32,000 nucleotides of DNA from Phycisphaera mikurensis NBRC 102666 (GTDB taxonomy: Bacteria > Planctomycetota > Phycisphaerae > Phycisphaerales > Phycisphaeraceae). A program made the translations under genes and the position numbers. The notes below the pieces were generated by a model, which did not search any database, had not been told where the DNA came from, and saw nothing but the letters and a program-made list of their open reading frames with translations. The DNA lies in the NCBI RefSeq assembly GCF_000284115.1, contig NC_017080.1, forward strand, positions 2,160,001 to 2,192,000, in the 5' to 3' direction. Shown here piece by piece: positions 1 to 8,202 of this stretch (positions are counted from its first letter, which is position 1; each line of letters begins with the position of its first letter).

Positions 1-27
1 CCGAGGCGCCGGAGTATTCTAGAAGAC

Positions 28-735
28 ATGCCCCACCCCCGCCTCCTTCCGCCCGGCCCCGCGGCGTCGCTGCTCGCGGTGCTCGCGTGCTGCTTCCTGC
101 TCCCCGCGCCCGCCCACGCGGCCCTCTTCGGCGACAACCCCGTGGACCTCCCGATCAAGGAGTTCGTCGCCAGCCCCAACCACAACAACCGCCCGGCCGG
201 GGTCACCGTCGACACGGTGGTGATCCACACGACGGAAGGATCCCTGGGCGGAACGCTGAGCTGGCTGCAGAACCCCGTGTCACAGGTCTCCGCACACTTC
301 GTGATCGCGCAGAACGGCGACCTGTACCAGATGGTCAACTCGCGGAAGCGGGCGTGGCACGCGACCTACTACAACGCGCGGTCGATCGGCGTGGAGATGG
401 TGGGGTACGCCGGCCGCGCCGACACCTGGAACGACGCGAACCTGGCGACGCTGGCGAGCGTGCTCGCCTGGTCGTCCGTGGAGTTCGGCATCGAGCTCGA
501 GCGTCCGCTGGGCAACGCCTACGGCGACGCGAACAACACCTTCCGCGGGACCGGCCTCGTCGGCCACGCCCAGATCCAGCCGTGGAACAAGTCCGACCCC
601 GGCGTCTTCTTCCCCTGGGACCGGGTCGAGGCCGACGCCCGGGCGGTGGTGGCCGCCGCCGTGCCCGAGCCGGGCACCGCCGCGGCGCTGCTGATCACGC
701 TGGGCTGCCTTTGCCGCGGCCGTCGCGCGGCCTGA
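28..735 (+). CDS. Secreted N-acetylmuramoyl-L-alanine amidase (Amidase_2/PGRP type, AmpD/AmiD-like) with C-terminal PEP-CTERM-type sorting tail
   Basis: 235-aa ORF. N-terminal signal peptide (LLAVLACCFLLPAPAHA). Core VVIHTTEG...SAHFVI...AWHA...NARSIGVEMVG...GHAQI resembles Amidase_2. C-terminus VPEPGTAAALLITLGCLCRGRR is a PEP motif, a hydrophobic helix and an Arg cluster. TATTCT (15-20) lies 7 nt before the ATG. Confidence 0.8.
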   Translation: MPHPRLLPPGPAASLLAVLACCFLLPAPAHAALFGDNPVDLPIKEFVASPNHNNRPAGVTVDTVVIHTTEGSLGGTLSWLQNPVSQVSAHFVIAQNGDLYQMVNSRKRAWHATYYNARSIGVEMVGYAGRADTWNDANLATLASVLAWSSVEFGIELERPLGNAYGDANNTFRGTGLVGHAQIQPWNKSDPGVFFPWDRVEADARAVVAAAVPEPGTAAALLITLGCLCRGRRAA

Positions 736-775
736 CGCGGGGCCACATCCTTTGGGGCCGGATGGTCGGCACCCT

Positions 776-893
776 GGGTGCCACGCCGCTTGCGGGGTGG
801 CCGCCGCCGGGGGGCGACGCCAGCGGATCCGCGGATCGGCCGCGTGTCCTGCGGACACCGCACCCCGCAAGCGGCGTGGCACCCGGGCATCGG
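776..893. repeat. REP-like palindromic element, family R1 copy a
   Basis: Perfect 24-bp inverted repeat GGGTGCCACGCCGCTTGCGGGGTG (776-799) / CACCCCGCAAGCGGCGTGGCACCC (861-884). Inner mini-hairpin GTGTCC-tgc-GGACAC (844-858). The reverse complement of 833-893 aligns at about 88% over 59 nt with 15955-16012. It lies between convergent stop codons (735 and 988). Confidence 0.8.
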
Positions 894-987
894 TTCGATT
901 CGGTCGATGTGTCGGCGGTCGAGTCTGGAGGATCGTGCACCTCCACCAGAATCCGCTCGGTGCCGAGGTCGATCCTTCGGATGCGTT

Positions 988-2790
988 TTAGACCTTGAAG
1001 ATCGCGCCGAGCTTCTTGCCCATCAGGATGCTCGCGCCCACGAGCGTGACGGTCAGCAGGGCCATGCCCCACACCCCCATGGCCGAAGCGATGGCGGGGC
1101 CGTCGCCGAGGCGGTTGAAGAGCGTCCAGATCGCCTTGGTGATCGGGTAGTGCGGCTCCTTCTCGGCGAGGATCAGCGAGTCGCTGACCTCCAGCATCGC
1201 GAAGCTGAAGACGAGGATGCCGCCGGCGATCAGGTTCGCGAGGATCAGCGGGATCACCACCCGCCGGATCGCCTGCAGCGGCGTGGCGCCCAGGTTCAAG
1301 GCGGCCTCTTCCAGGTCGCCGCTGGTCTGCTCGAGCCCGGCGGCGGCGGACCGCAGGATGTAGGGCAGCCGGCGGATCGTGTAAGCGATCACGAGGAAGA
1401 CCAGCGGGTTGGGGTTCTGGCCGCGGACCGACAGCAGCGACGCCACGCCGTCCAGGCCCGCCGCCGCGGCGGCCTCCCGCAGCGCCGGGAAGGGCCAGGC
1501 CAGCGACATCGCGACGTAGCCGAAGGCCATCACCAGCCCGGGCACCGCGAGCGGGAGCATGCCGAGCGTGTCCAGGAGAGCCGCCCCCCGCAGCCGCCAC
1601 CGCACCACGACGTACGCGATGGCCAGGCCGATGGCGATGCAGAAGACCATCGCGGTCACGGCGTAGATCAGCGAGTTGGTGATGGAGGTCATCGCCAGCT
1701 CGTGGGTGAGCGCCCCCTCGAAGTGGTCCAGCGTGAATTCCTGCGGGAGGATCGTGCGGTACCAGCTGCCGTCGGCGGCCAGCGCGGAGAGCACCACGCC
1801 CAGGTGCGGCAGCAGCGCAGCGGCCGTGACGCCGACGAACAGCGCGAGCGCGGCCAGGCCGCGCCAGCCGGTGAGCGCCTTCTCCGCCACCGCGGCCGTC
1901 GCCTTGCCCTGCATCGCGTACGCCCGGCCGCCGAACGCGAAGCGGCCGGCCGCGTACATCGCCAGCGCGGCGAAGAGCATCACCACGACCAGCGCGTACG
2001 GCCGCGGGCTGGTCTCGATCTCCTGCAGGCCGTAGAAGACCTGCACGGGCGTGACCTGCTTGAACTCGAACATGAGCGGGGTGCCCAGCTCGGTGAAGCT
2101 CCAGATGAAGACGATCGTGCAGCCGGCGAAGACGCCGGGGAGGATCAGCGGGAGCGTGCAGCGGAAGAAGCGTCGGACGCGGCCGGCGCCGAGATTCTCG
2201 GCGGCCTCGTCCAGCGAGGGGTCGAGGTTCGCCAGCGCCGCGACGATGTTGAGGTACGCGATCGGGTAGAGGTGCAGCGCCTCCATCAGCACGACGGCAC
2301 CGAAGCGGCCGATGCCCGAGCCGCCGAGGAAGTCGATGCCGGGCTGCTGCGGGTCGAGCAGGCCGATCGACACCAGCGTCGAGTTGATCGCCCCGAAGCG
2401 GCCCAGCAGCGCCTGCAACCCGATCGCGCCCACGAACGGAGGCAGGATCAGCGGCACGAGCACCAGCGAGCTGACCGCCGCCTTGCCGGGGAAGCGGAAG
2501 CCTGCCGCCAGCACCGCCATCGGCAGCGAGATCAGCAGGCACAGCGTCGTGGTGAACACCGCGATCAGGGTCGCGTTGATCAGCCCCGCCCGGTACGCCG
2601 GGTCGCGCAGCACGCCGACGCCCTCCCCGAAGAAGTACTTCAGCGTGAAGCCGCCGTCCTCGCCGACGAAGCCCTTCACGACCACGAGCACGATCGGCCA
2701 GATCAGGAAGACCGAGAGGATCGCCAGCAGGGCCAGGAACAGGCCGTAGCGCGAGCAGGTCCGGGCGCTGGGGTGTCCGACGTTGAGCAT
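988..2790 (-). CDS. ABC transporter permease, duplicated (two-domain) Fe(III)/thiamine-type (FbpB/ThiP-like)
   Basis: 600-aa ORF with about 12 hydrophobic segments. Two EAA-like loops (LDEAAENLGAGRVRRFFRCTLPLILPG and LEEAALNLGATPLQAIRRVVIPLI) are typical of tandem-domain binding-protein-dependent permeases. High GC3. Confidence 0.8.
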   Translation of the reverse strand: MLNVGHPSARTCSRYGLFLALLAILSVFLIWPIVLVVVKGFVGEDGGFTLKYFFGEGVGVLRDPAYRAGLINATLIAVFTTTLCLLISLPMAVLAAGFRFPGKAAVSSLVLVPLILPPFVGAIGLQALLGRFGAINSTLVSIGLLDPQQPGIDFLGGSGIGRFGAVVLMEALHLYPIAYLNIVAALANLDPSLDEAAENLGAGRVRRFFRCTLPLILPGVFAGCTIVFIWSFTELGTPLMFEFKQVTPVQVFYGLQEIETSPRPYALVVVMLFAALAMYAAGRFAFGGRAYAMQGKATAAVAEKALTGWRGLAALALFVGVTAAALLPHLGVVLSALAADGSWYRTILPQEFTLDHFEGALTHELAMTSITNSLIYAVTAMVFCIAIGLAIAYVVVRWRLRGAALLDTLGMLPLAVPGLVMAFGYVAMSLAWPFPALREAAAAAGLDGVASLLSVRGQNPNPLVFLVIAYTIRRLPYILRSAAAGLEQTSGDLEEAALNLGATPLQAIRRVVIPLILANLIAGGILVFSFAMLEVSDSLILAEKEPHYPITKAIWTLFNRLGDGPAIASAMGVWGMALLTVTLVGASILMGKKLGAIFKV

Positions 2791-2918
2791 CGGGGGCGGA
2801 GCCTACCGACGCGGCGGCAGCGGTTCGCCGGCGAGCGGGCGCGGGTCACGAGGCGGCCGCGACCTCCGGTGCCGGAGGGAGCGACGGAACCGGGTCCACG
2901 CCCACCGGCACGCCGCCG

Positions 2919-4397
2919 TCACGCCGCGAATCCCTGGATCGCCAGCGTCAGTCCGTCGGCCTGGATGTTCACGAACAGCGTGCTCCCGTCCGGCGAGAAG
3001 CAGCTGCCGGCGAACTCGCTCTTGCTCACGACGTTGCGCCCCAGCGGGTACAGCCGGCCCGCGGGCGTGACGCCGACGAGGCGGTTGCCCTGGCCGGCGT
3101 CCTCGCACACCACCAGGTGGCCGTTGGGGTGGATCGTGAGGTTGTCGGCGTTCTTCACCAGCGTGTGGTCGTTGGGCTCGAGGAACAGCTCGAGCCGGCC
3201 GGGGAAGCGGGCCTCCTCGGCCTGCCCCTCGAAGCGCGAGGGCACGTAGCGGAAGATCTGGCCGATCCGCTCGCGGCCGCCGGTGGTGCAGGCGATGAAG
3301 ACGCCGCGGTCGCTGTGCCAGATGCCCTCGGCCCGGGCGAAGCGGGCGGCGCCGGCGTCGAAGGCCCGGTACCGCAGGTCGTCGGCGGGGGTGTCGACGT
3401 CATCGAGATCGATCCAGCGCACCTCCACCACCTCGTTTTGCGCGAGCGTCGGACCGCCGACGGCCCCGCCGGCGGCCTGGGCGGAGCCGCCGGCCTGCGC
3501 CTGGGCGTGGTTGTCGATCCAGTTGCGGGTGTCCAGCGAAGGACGATCGGCGACGGACAGCGCCTGCAGCCGCCCGCCGGCTGGCAGGTTCCCCGGCTCG
3601 TTGGGGAGGAAGCGCGTGATCAGCCCGTCCTGCCGGTCCTCGGTCTGGTAGACGATCCCGCTGGCGGGCTCCACCGCCACGGCCTCGTGGTTGAAGCGGC
3701 CCATCGCCCGCAGCGGAACGGGGTCGGCGAGGCCCGAGTCGCCGCTGGCGGGCACCTCGAAGTTGTAGCCATGGTCCTCGCCACGGCCGTCCTCGCCGGC
3801 GGAGTGGGTGGTCTCCTCGCAGGTGATCCAGCTGCCCCAGGGCGTGTGGCCGCCGGCGCAGTTGCGCTCGGTGCCCGCGAGCGAGAGGTGCTGGTGCACC
3901 GTCTGGCCGGTCGCCGGGTCGTAGACGAGCGTGGTGCAGCCGCCGAGACCGGGCCGCGCCCCCGGCACGGTCGGCTCGCGGTCGGCGCCGGCGTCGTACA
4001 GCTTCGACACCGGGACCCGCCCGACGAGCTCGCGCCGCCAGCCGAAGGCGCCGCGGCCGGCCGGGGCGTTGGCCAGCTCGTGGTTGCGGACGAGCACGAC
4101 GCGGCCGCCGGGGCCCGGGAAGGCCGCCATGCCATCGGGCGCCCCGGGCAGGATCAGCCCGTCGTTCATCACCTCGCCGGCCCGGGAGAGGATGCGGTAC
4201 GTGAAGCCCTCCGGGAGCTCGATGATCCCGTGCGGGTCGGTGACCAGCGGGCCGTAGCCGGCGGAGCCTTCGGCCGACCCGTCGAGGGCGGCGGCGGCGG
4301 AGGCGTCGAAGCGGGCGAGCCCGCCGAAGGCGGCGGAGGCGGCGGCCGCGGCCCGCAGGAAGCCGCGGCGAGAGAGGGCGGAGGAGGATTGGGACAT
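2919..4397 (-). CDS. Tat-secreted PhoX/DUF839-family protein (putative phosphatase, beta-propeller)
   Basis: 492-aa ORF. Twin-arginine signal SRRGFLRAAAAASAAFGG. Overall pattern (GYGPL...PEGF.Y..IS..G..M.DG...PG..DGMA.F; NCAGG.TPWG.W.TCEE; F.PDG.TLFVNIQ) recalls DUF839/PhoX. TACGCT lies 8 nt before the ATG. Confidence 0.65.
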   Translation of the reverse strand: MSQSSSALSRRGFLRAAAAASAAFGGLARFDASAAAALDGSAEGSAGYGPLVTDPHGIIELPEGFTYRILSRAGEVMNDGLILPGAPDGMAAFPGPGGRVVLVRNHELANAPAGRGAFGWRRELVGRVPVSKLYDAGADREPTVPGARPGLGGCTTLVYDPATGQTVHQHLSLAGTERNCAGGHTPWGSWITCEETTHSAGEDGRGEDHGYNFEVPASGDSGLADPVPLRAMGRFNHEAVAVEPASGIVYQTEDRQDGLITRFLPNEPGNLPAGGRLQALSVADRPSLDTRNWIDNHAQAQAGGSAQAAGGAVGGPTLAQNEVVEVRWIDLDDVDTPADDLRYRAFDAGAARFARAEGIWHSDRGVFIACTTGGRERIGQIFRYVPSRFEGQAEEARFPGRLELFLEPNDHTLVKNADNLTIHPNGHLVVCEDAGQGNRLVGVTPAGRLYPLGRNVVSKSEFAGSCFSPDGSTLFVNIQADGLTLAIQGFAA

Positions 4398-4452
4398 GGG
4401 CCGTCAGCGTATTCCGGCTCGCCGGGTCCTCACGCAAAACACACGCCCCGGG

Positions 4453-5112
4453 TCATGCCCGAACGAGCCGTCGCCCCTCCAACCGGTGCCGTCCACCCGC
4501 GACCAGCCGGATCGCGTCGGGGAAGGCGGTCTTCTCCTGTTCCCAAACCCGCCGCTTCAGCGAGTCCGCCGTGTCGTCGGTTTCCACGGGGCAGCAGCGC
4601 TGCACGAGGATCGGGCCGGTGTCGTACGCCTCGTCGGCGAGGTGGACCGTGCAGCCCGAGACCCGGACGCCGCTTTCGAGGACGGCGCGGTGTACCCGGT
4701 TGCCGTACATGCCCAGCCCGCCGAACGCCGGCAGCAGCGACGGGTGGATGTTCAGCACGCGGCCGCGGTGGTCCTCGGGGATGTGCAGCAGCGAGAGGAA
4801 TCCGGCGAGGCAGACCAAGTCGACGCGGTGATCGCGCAGGTAGCCGAACACGTGCTCCGACAGCCCGACGCCGGCGGGCTTGTCCGCCGGGTCGGCCACC
4901 GGCAAGCCGCGTTGCTTCGCCCGGGCGAGGCCGACCGCGTCGGCGCGGGAGGCGGTGACCGCGACGATCTCGGCATCGAGCCGACCGGCGTCGATCTCGT
5001 CCTGCAGGTTCAGCAGCGTCGTGCCGCCGCCGGAGATCAGCACGCCCAGCCGCGGGCGCCGGACGGCGGGCGGGAGCCGCAGCGGCGGGGTAGAAGGGGC
5101 GTCGCTGCTCAT
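4453..5112 (-). CDS. purN: Phosphoribosylglycinamide formyltransferase
   Basis: 219 aa. RLGVLISGGGTTL, DLVCLAGFLSLL, VLNIHPSLLPAFGG, SGCTVHLADEAYDTGPIL are classic PurN motifs. TAGCTT lies 6 nt before the ATG. Confidence 0.9.
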   Translation of the reverse strand: MSSDAPSTPPLRLPPAVRRPRLGVLISGGGTTLLNLQDEIDAGRLDAEIVAVTASRADAVGLARAKQRGLPVADPADKPAGVGLSEHVFGYLRDHRVDLVCLAGFLSLLHIPEDHRGRVLNIHPSLLPAFGGLGMYGNRVHRAVLESGVRVSGCTVHLADEAYDTGPILVQRCCPVETDDTADSLKRRVWEQEKTAFPDAIRLVAGGRHRLEGRRLVRA

Positions 5113-5127
5113 GTCCGCAAGCTACCG

Positions 5128-6090
5128 ATGCCCGACCCCGCGCCCCGAACCCGCCTCGCGCCCTCGCCCACAGGCGCTCTTCATCTCGGCAACGCCCGGA
5201 CCTTCCTCGTGAACTGGGCCCTCGCGCGGAAGCGCGGCTGGCGGATCCTCCTGCGCGTCGAGGACCTCGACACCCCGCGGACGCGGGAAGGCGCCGCGGA
5301 GCAGGCGATCGACGACCTCCGCTACCTCGGCCTCGATTGGGACGAAGGCCCGGCCTACCAGTCGCCGCTGCTCGGCACGGAGGGCCCCTACGCGGCGGCG
5401 CTGCGGCGGCTCCGCGACGCCGGCCACACGTACCCGTGCCCGGCGACGCGGCGTGACCTGGAGGCGGCGAGCGCCCCCCACGAGGGCGACCCGCACGAGC
5501 TGCGGTATCCGAATCTCTGGCGGCCGCCCGCCCCGCCGCTTCCCGCGGGCGTGCCGCTGGCGGAGCGGCTGATCGTCCCGCCGGGCGGGGTCGCCTTCGT
5601 CGACGCGGTGGCCGGTCCGCGTGCCTTCGACGTCGGCGGGACCGTCGGCGACTTCCTGCTCTGGACCAAGGCCGGCCTGCCCAGCTACCAGCTCGCGGTC
5701 GTGGTCGACGACGCGCGGCAGGGGGTCACCCACGTCGTCCGCGGCAACGACCTCCTGCCCTCGACGTCCCGGCAGGTCCTCCTCTACCAACGCCTGGGCT
5801 TGGGCCCGCCTCCCGCGTGGTTCCACCTCCCGCTGGTCCGCGGCGAGGATGGCCGCCGGCTGGCCAAGCGGCACGGCGACACCCGCCTCGCGTCGTACCG
5901 TGAGGCCGGCGTTCCCGGCGAGCGGGTGGTTGCGCTGCTCGCCCGCTGGAGCGGGATGCCCGCCGAGCTCGCGGGCGAGGCGATGACCGCCGCGGCCTTT
6001 GCGCACGCCTTCGAGCTCCGGGACCTGCCCGCCGATGACGTCACGTTCACCCGAGAGGATCACGCATGGCTGACCGACGCCGCGACCTGA
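5128..6090 (+). CDS. gluQ: Glutamyl-Q tRNA(Asp) synthetase (GluRS paralogue)
   Basis: The real start is taken at ATG 5128 (MPDPAPRTRLAPSPTGALHLGNARTF...RVEDLD...). The upstream part of track ORF 4396-6090 is antisense to purN. About 320 aa with no anticodon-binding domain, which is typical of GluQRS. A KRHG-type loop (LAKRHGD) is present. Confidence 0.85.
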   Translation: MPDPAPRTRLAPSPTGALHLGNARTFLVNWALARKRGWRILLRVEDLDTPRTREGAAEQAIDDLRYLGLDWDEGPAYQSPLLGTEGPYAAALRRLRDAGHTYPCPATRRDLEAASAPHEGDPHELRYPNLWRPPAPPLPAGVPLAERLIVPPGGVAFVDAVAGPRAFDVGGTVGDFLLWTKAGLPSYQLAVVVDDARQGVTHVVRGNDLLPSTSRQVLLYQRLGLGPPPAWFHLPLVRGEDGRRLAKRHGDTRLASYREAGVPGERVVALLARWSGMPAELAGEAMTAAAFAHAFELRDLPADDVTFTREDHAWLTDAAT

Positions 6091-6779
6091 AGCACCGCAC
6101 CGGGTCACGGAGCCACGGCCCCGGGGCGTCCACGCGGTGGCGGCCCGCGGCCCGCGAACACGGCGACGGACGCAGCTCGCGCGTGGAGCCTCCGGGGCCG
6201 CGTCGCGGCGCGGCCGCTCCGCCTGCGGGCGCCAAGCCGCCACGGGCTGCCCGGGCGCGGGCGGTCGGCCCGAGGACACGCGTTGCGCTCGGGGCCGCCG
6301 CGTTCTGCGTGCTGCTGGGTCTGGTCGGCGCGGGCATCGGTTGCGACCGCGGCCCCGCGGCCGCCGTGGCCGTCGCACCCGACACGGTGGAGGCGACGAT
6401 CGGCGGCCGCTCCTTCACGCTGCAGACCGCCGTCACCGAGGAGCAGCGATACCGCGGGCTCTCCGGCGTCGCCAGCCTCCCGCCCGGCGGCGGCATGGTG
6501 TTCGCATTCCCCGACGCGGCGCCGCGTGCGTTCGTGATGCGGGACTGCTTGATCCCGCTGGACATCGTCTTCCTCGATCCCGGCGGGCGCGTCATCCGCA
6601 CCGCTCACATGCCGCTCGAGCCCGCGGGCACGCCGGAGCGCTCGCTGCCGCGGTACGAGAGCGGCTACCCGAGCCAGTTCGTGATCGAGCTGGCCGGGGG
6701 CACGCTCGAGACGCTGCGGCTCGTGGCGGGCGACGCGGTCGGCCTGCCCTACGAAGCGCTCCGGGCCGCGGCGGAGTAG
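6066..6779 (+). CDS. DUF192-domain protein (start uncertain)
   Basis: The C-terminal 120 aa (ATIGGRSFTLQTAVTEEQRYRGLSGV..LPPGGGMVFAFP...FVMRDCLIPLDIVFLD..GRV) match the DUF192 pattern. A hydrophobic segment AAAFCVLLGLVGAGIGC precedes it. Candidate starts are ATG 6066 (overlaps gluQ by 25 nt) or GTG 6183. Confidence 0.65.
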   Translation: MADRRRDLKHRTGSRSHGPGASTRWRPAAREHGDGRSSRVEPPGPRRGAAAPPAGAKPPRAARARAVGPRTRVALGAAAFCVLLGLVGAGIGCDRGPAAAVAVAPDTVEATIGGRSFTLQTAVTEEQRYRGLSGVASLPPGGGMVFAFPDAAPRAFVMRDCLIPLDIVFLDPGGRVIRTAHMPLEPAGTPERSLPRYESGYPSQFVIELAGGTLETLRLVAGDAVGLPYEALRAAAE

Positions 6780-6924
6780 GCGGCGCCGCGGATAGCGGGC
6801 TCGGCGGCCGCCGCCGCCCGGCGGTCCGCGGGGGCGCCGCTGGGTCTCAAGCCGGCTCCCCCGGTCGCCGATCCACGGCGGTGCGGCCGCTCGCCGCCGC
6901 TCCGCTGCCCCCCGCGACCGCCGC

Positions 6925-8202
6925 ATGCACCCGCCCCAGCTGCTCATCCTCGAGTCCGACGACGCCGCTCCCGGGGCCTACGGCCGCATCGGCCTCCGCC
7001 ACGCGCTCCGGCGTGCGGGCCTGCCGCCGTCGGCCTGCCGCGTCCAGCGGCTCGGGGACTTCCTCTCGCGAGAAGCGACGCCGGCCAGCGCCGCCGGCTT
7101 CGCCGCCTGGCTGATCACCGGGCCCGCGACCCCCGCCGCCAGCGTGGACGAGGCGGTGGAACGCCTCGCGGCGCTGCACGCGCCGGTCGCCCTGACGCGG
7201 CAGCTCCGCAGCGGCGAGCGGGCCGCGGCCCCGGGGGAGGCCGTCATCGAGCTCGACCCCCGCACGCCGCTCGAAGCCACCGCGGCCGTCCTGGCCGCGC
7301 TCGCGCAGCAGGCCCGCCCCCAGGCGGCGCTCGCCGCCGAGCGTCACCTGCTCAAGCGGCAGCACGACGGGCTCAGCAAAGAGATGTCGCGGCTGAACGA
7401 AGAGCTGCGCATGGCGATGAAGATCCAGCGGGGCTTCCTGCCGGACGACGTGCCCGGCTTCGGCCCGCTGAGCGTCGGCGTGATGTGGCGACCGGCGGGC
7501 TACGTCGGCGGCGACCTCTACGACGTCGTCCGCCTCGACGAGCACCACGTGGGCGTCTTCGTCGTCGACGCGGTCGGGCACGGGATCCCCGCGGCGCTGA
7601 TGTCGATCTACATCCGCCAGATCCTCAAGCAGCGCGAGCTGACACCCGGCCGGGGCGGCGGCTACCGCCTGATCGAGCCCGGCGAAACGCTCCGACGCCT
7701 CAACGAGCACCTCCTCGATCTCGGCCACGGAGCGACGGCGCTGGCCACCGCCGTCGTCGGGGTGCTCGACACCCGCAGCGGAGAGCTGCGCGTCGCCCGC
7801 GCGGGCCACCCCCTGCCGCTGCTGCTCCGCCGCGGCGAGCCCGCCGAGGTGATCGGCCCCGAGGGCCCGATGCTCGGCGTCTTCGCCTGCGAGCACTTCG
7901 ACCAGCAAACGCTGCGGCTGCGCGACGGCGACCGGCTGCTCCTCTACAGCGACGGCTTCGAGCTCGCGTTCCCGAACCCCGAGCGGCCCGGCGATGCACC
8001 CGGCCGCCTCCGCGCCAGCGAGCGGTACGTCGAGGAGTTCGGGACCTTCGCCGACGCTCCCGCCGATGAGGCGATGCAGCGCTTCCGCGACCGCCTCGAA
8101 GCCGAAACCGGTTCCCTGCACCCGCCGGACGATCTCACCCTGGTCTGCCTGGCGGTGGACGGGGCGTGGGGGGACGAGGCGGCGTTGCGGGCGGCGGCGT
8201 AG
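6925..8202 (+). CDS. SpoIIE/PP2C-family serine phosphatase (RsbU-like) with N-terminal receiver-like domain
   Basis: 425 aa. C-terminal half A..IQ..FLP....G.....W.PA..VGGDLYDV........VFVVDAVGHGIPAALM...LYSDG is the SpoIIE/PP2C signature. The N-terminal 100 aa start LLILESDD like a REC domain. Confidence 0.8.
   Translation: MHPPQLLILESDDAAPGAYGRIGLRHALRRAGLPPSACRVQRLGDFLSREATPASAAGFAAWLITGPATPAASVDEAVERLAALHAPVALTRQLRSGERAAAPGEAVIELDPRTPLEATAAVLAALAQQARPQAALAAERHLLKRQHDGLSKEMSRLNEELRMAMKIQRGFLPDDVPGFGPLSVGVMWRPAGYVGGDLYDVVRLDEHHVGVFVVDAVGHGIPAALMSIYIRQILKQRELTPGRGGGYRLIEPGETLRRLNEHLLDLGHGATALATAVVGVLDTRSGELRVARAGHPLPLLLRRGEPAEVIGPEGPMLGVFACEHFDQQTLRLRDGDRLLLYSDGFELAFPNPERPGDAPGRLRASERYVEEFGTFADAPADEAMQRFRDRLEAETGSLHPPDDLTLVCLAVDGAWGDEAALRAAA

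Noticed and set aside
695-3249. Very long ORFs (695-2542 minus, 615 aa; 778-3249 plus, 823 aa) overlapping the permease gene
   Set aside because: Arg/Pro/Gly/Ala-rich low-complexity translations with no recognisable motifs. This is the expected absence of stop codons in off-frames of very GC-rich DNA. The 988-2790 minus frame has clear permease features.
4396-5127. N-terminal 244 codons of track ORF 4396-6090 as part of gluQ
   Set aside because: This stretch is antisense to purN and has no GluRS-like sequence. The class I HIGH region begins right after ATG 5128.
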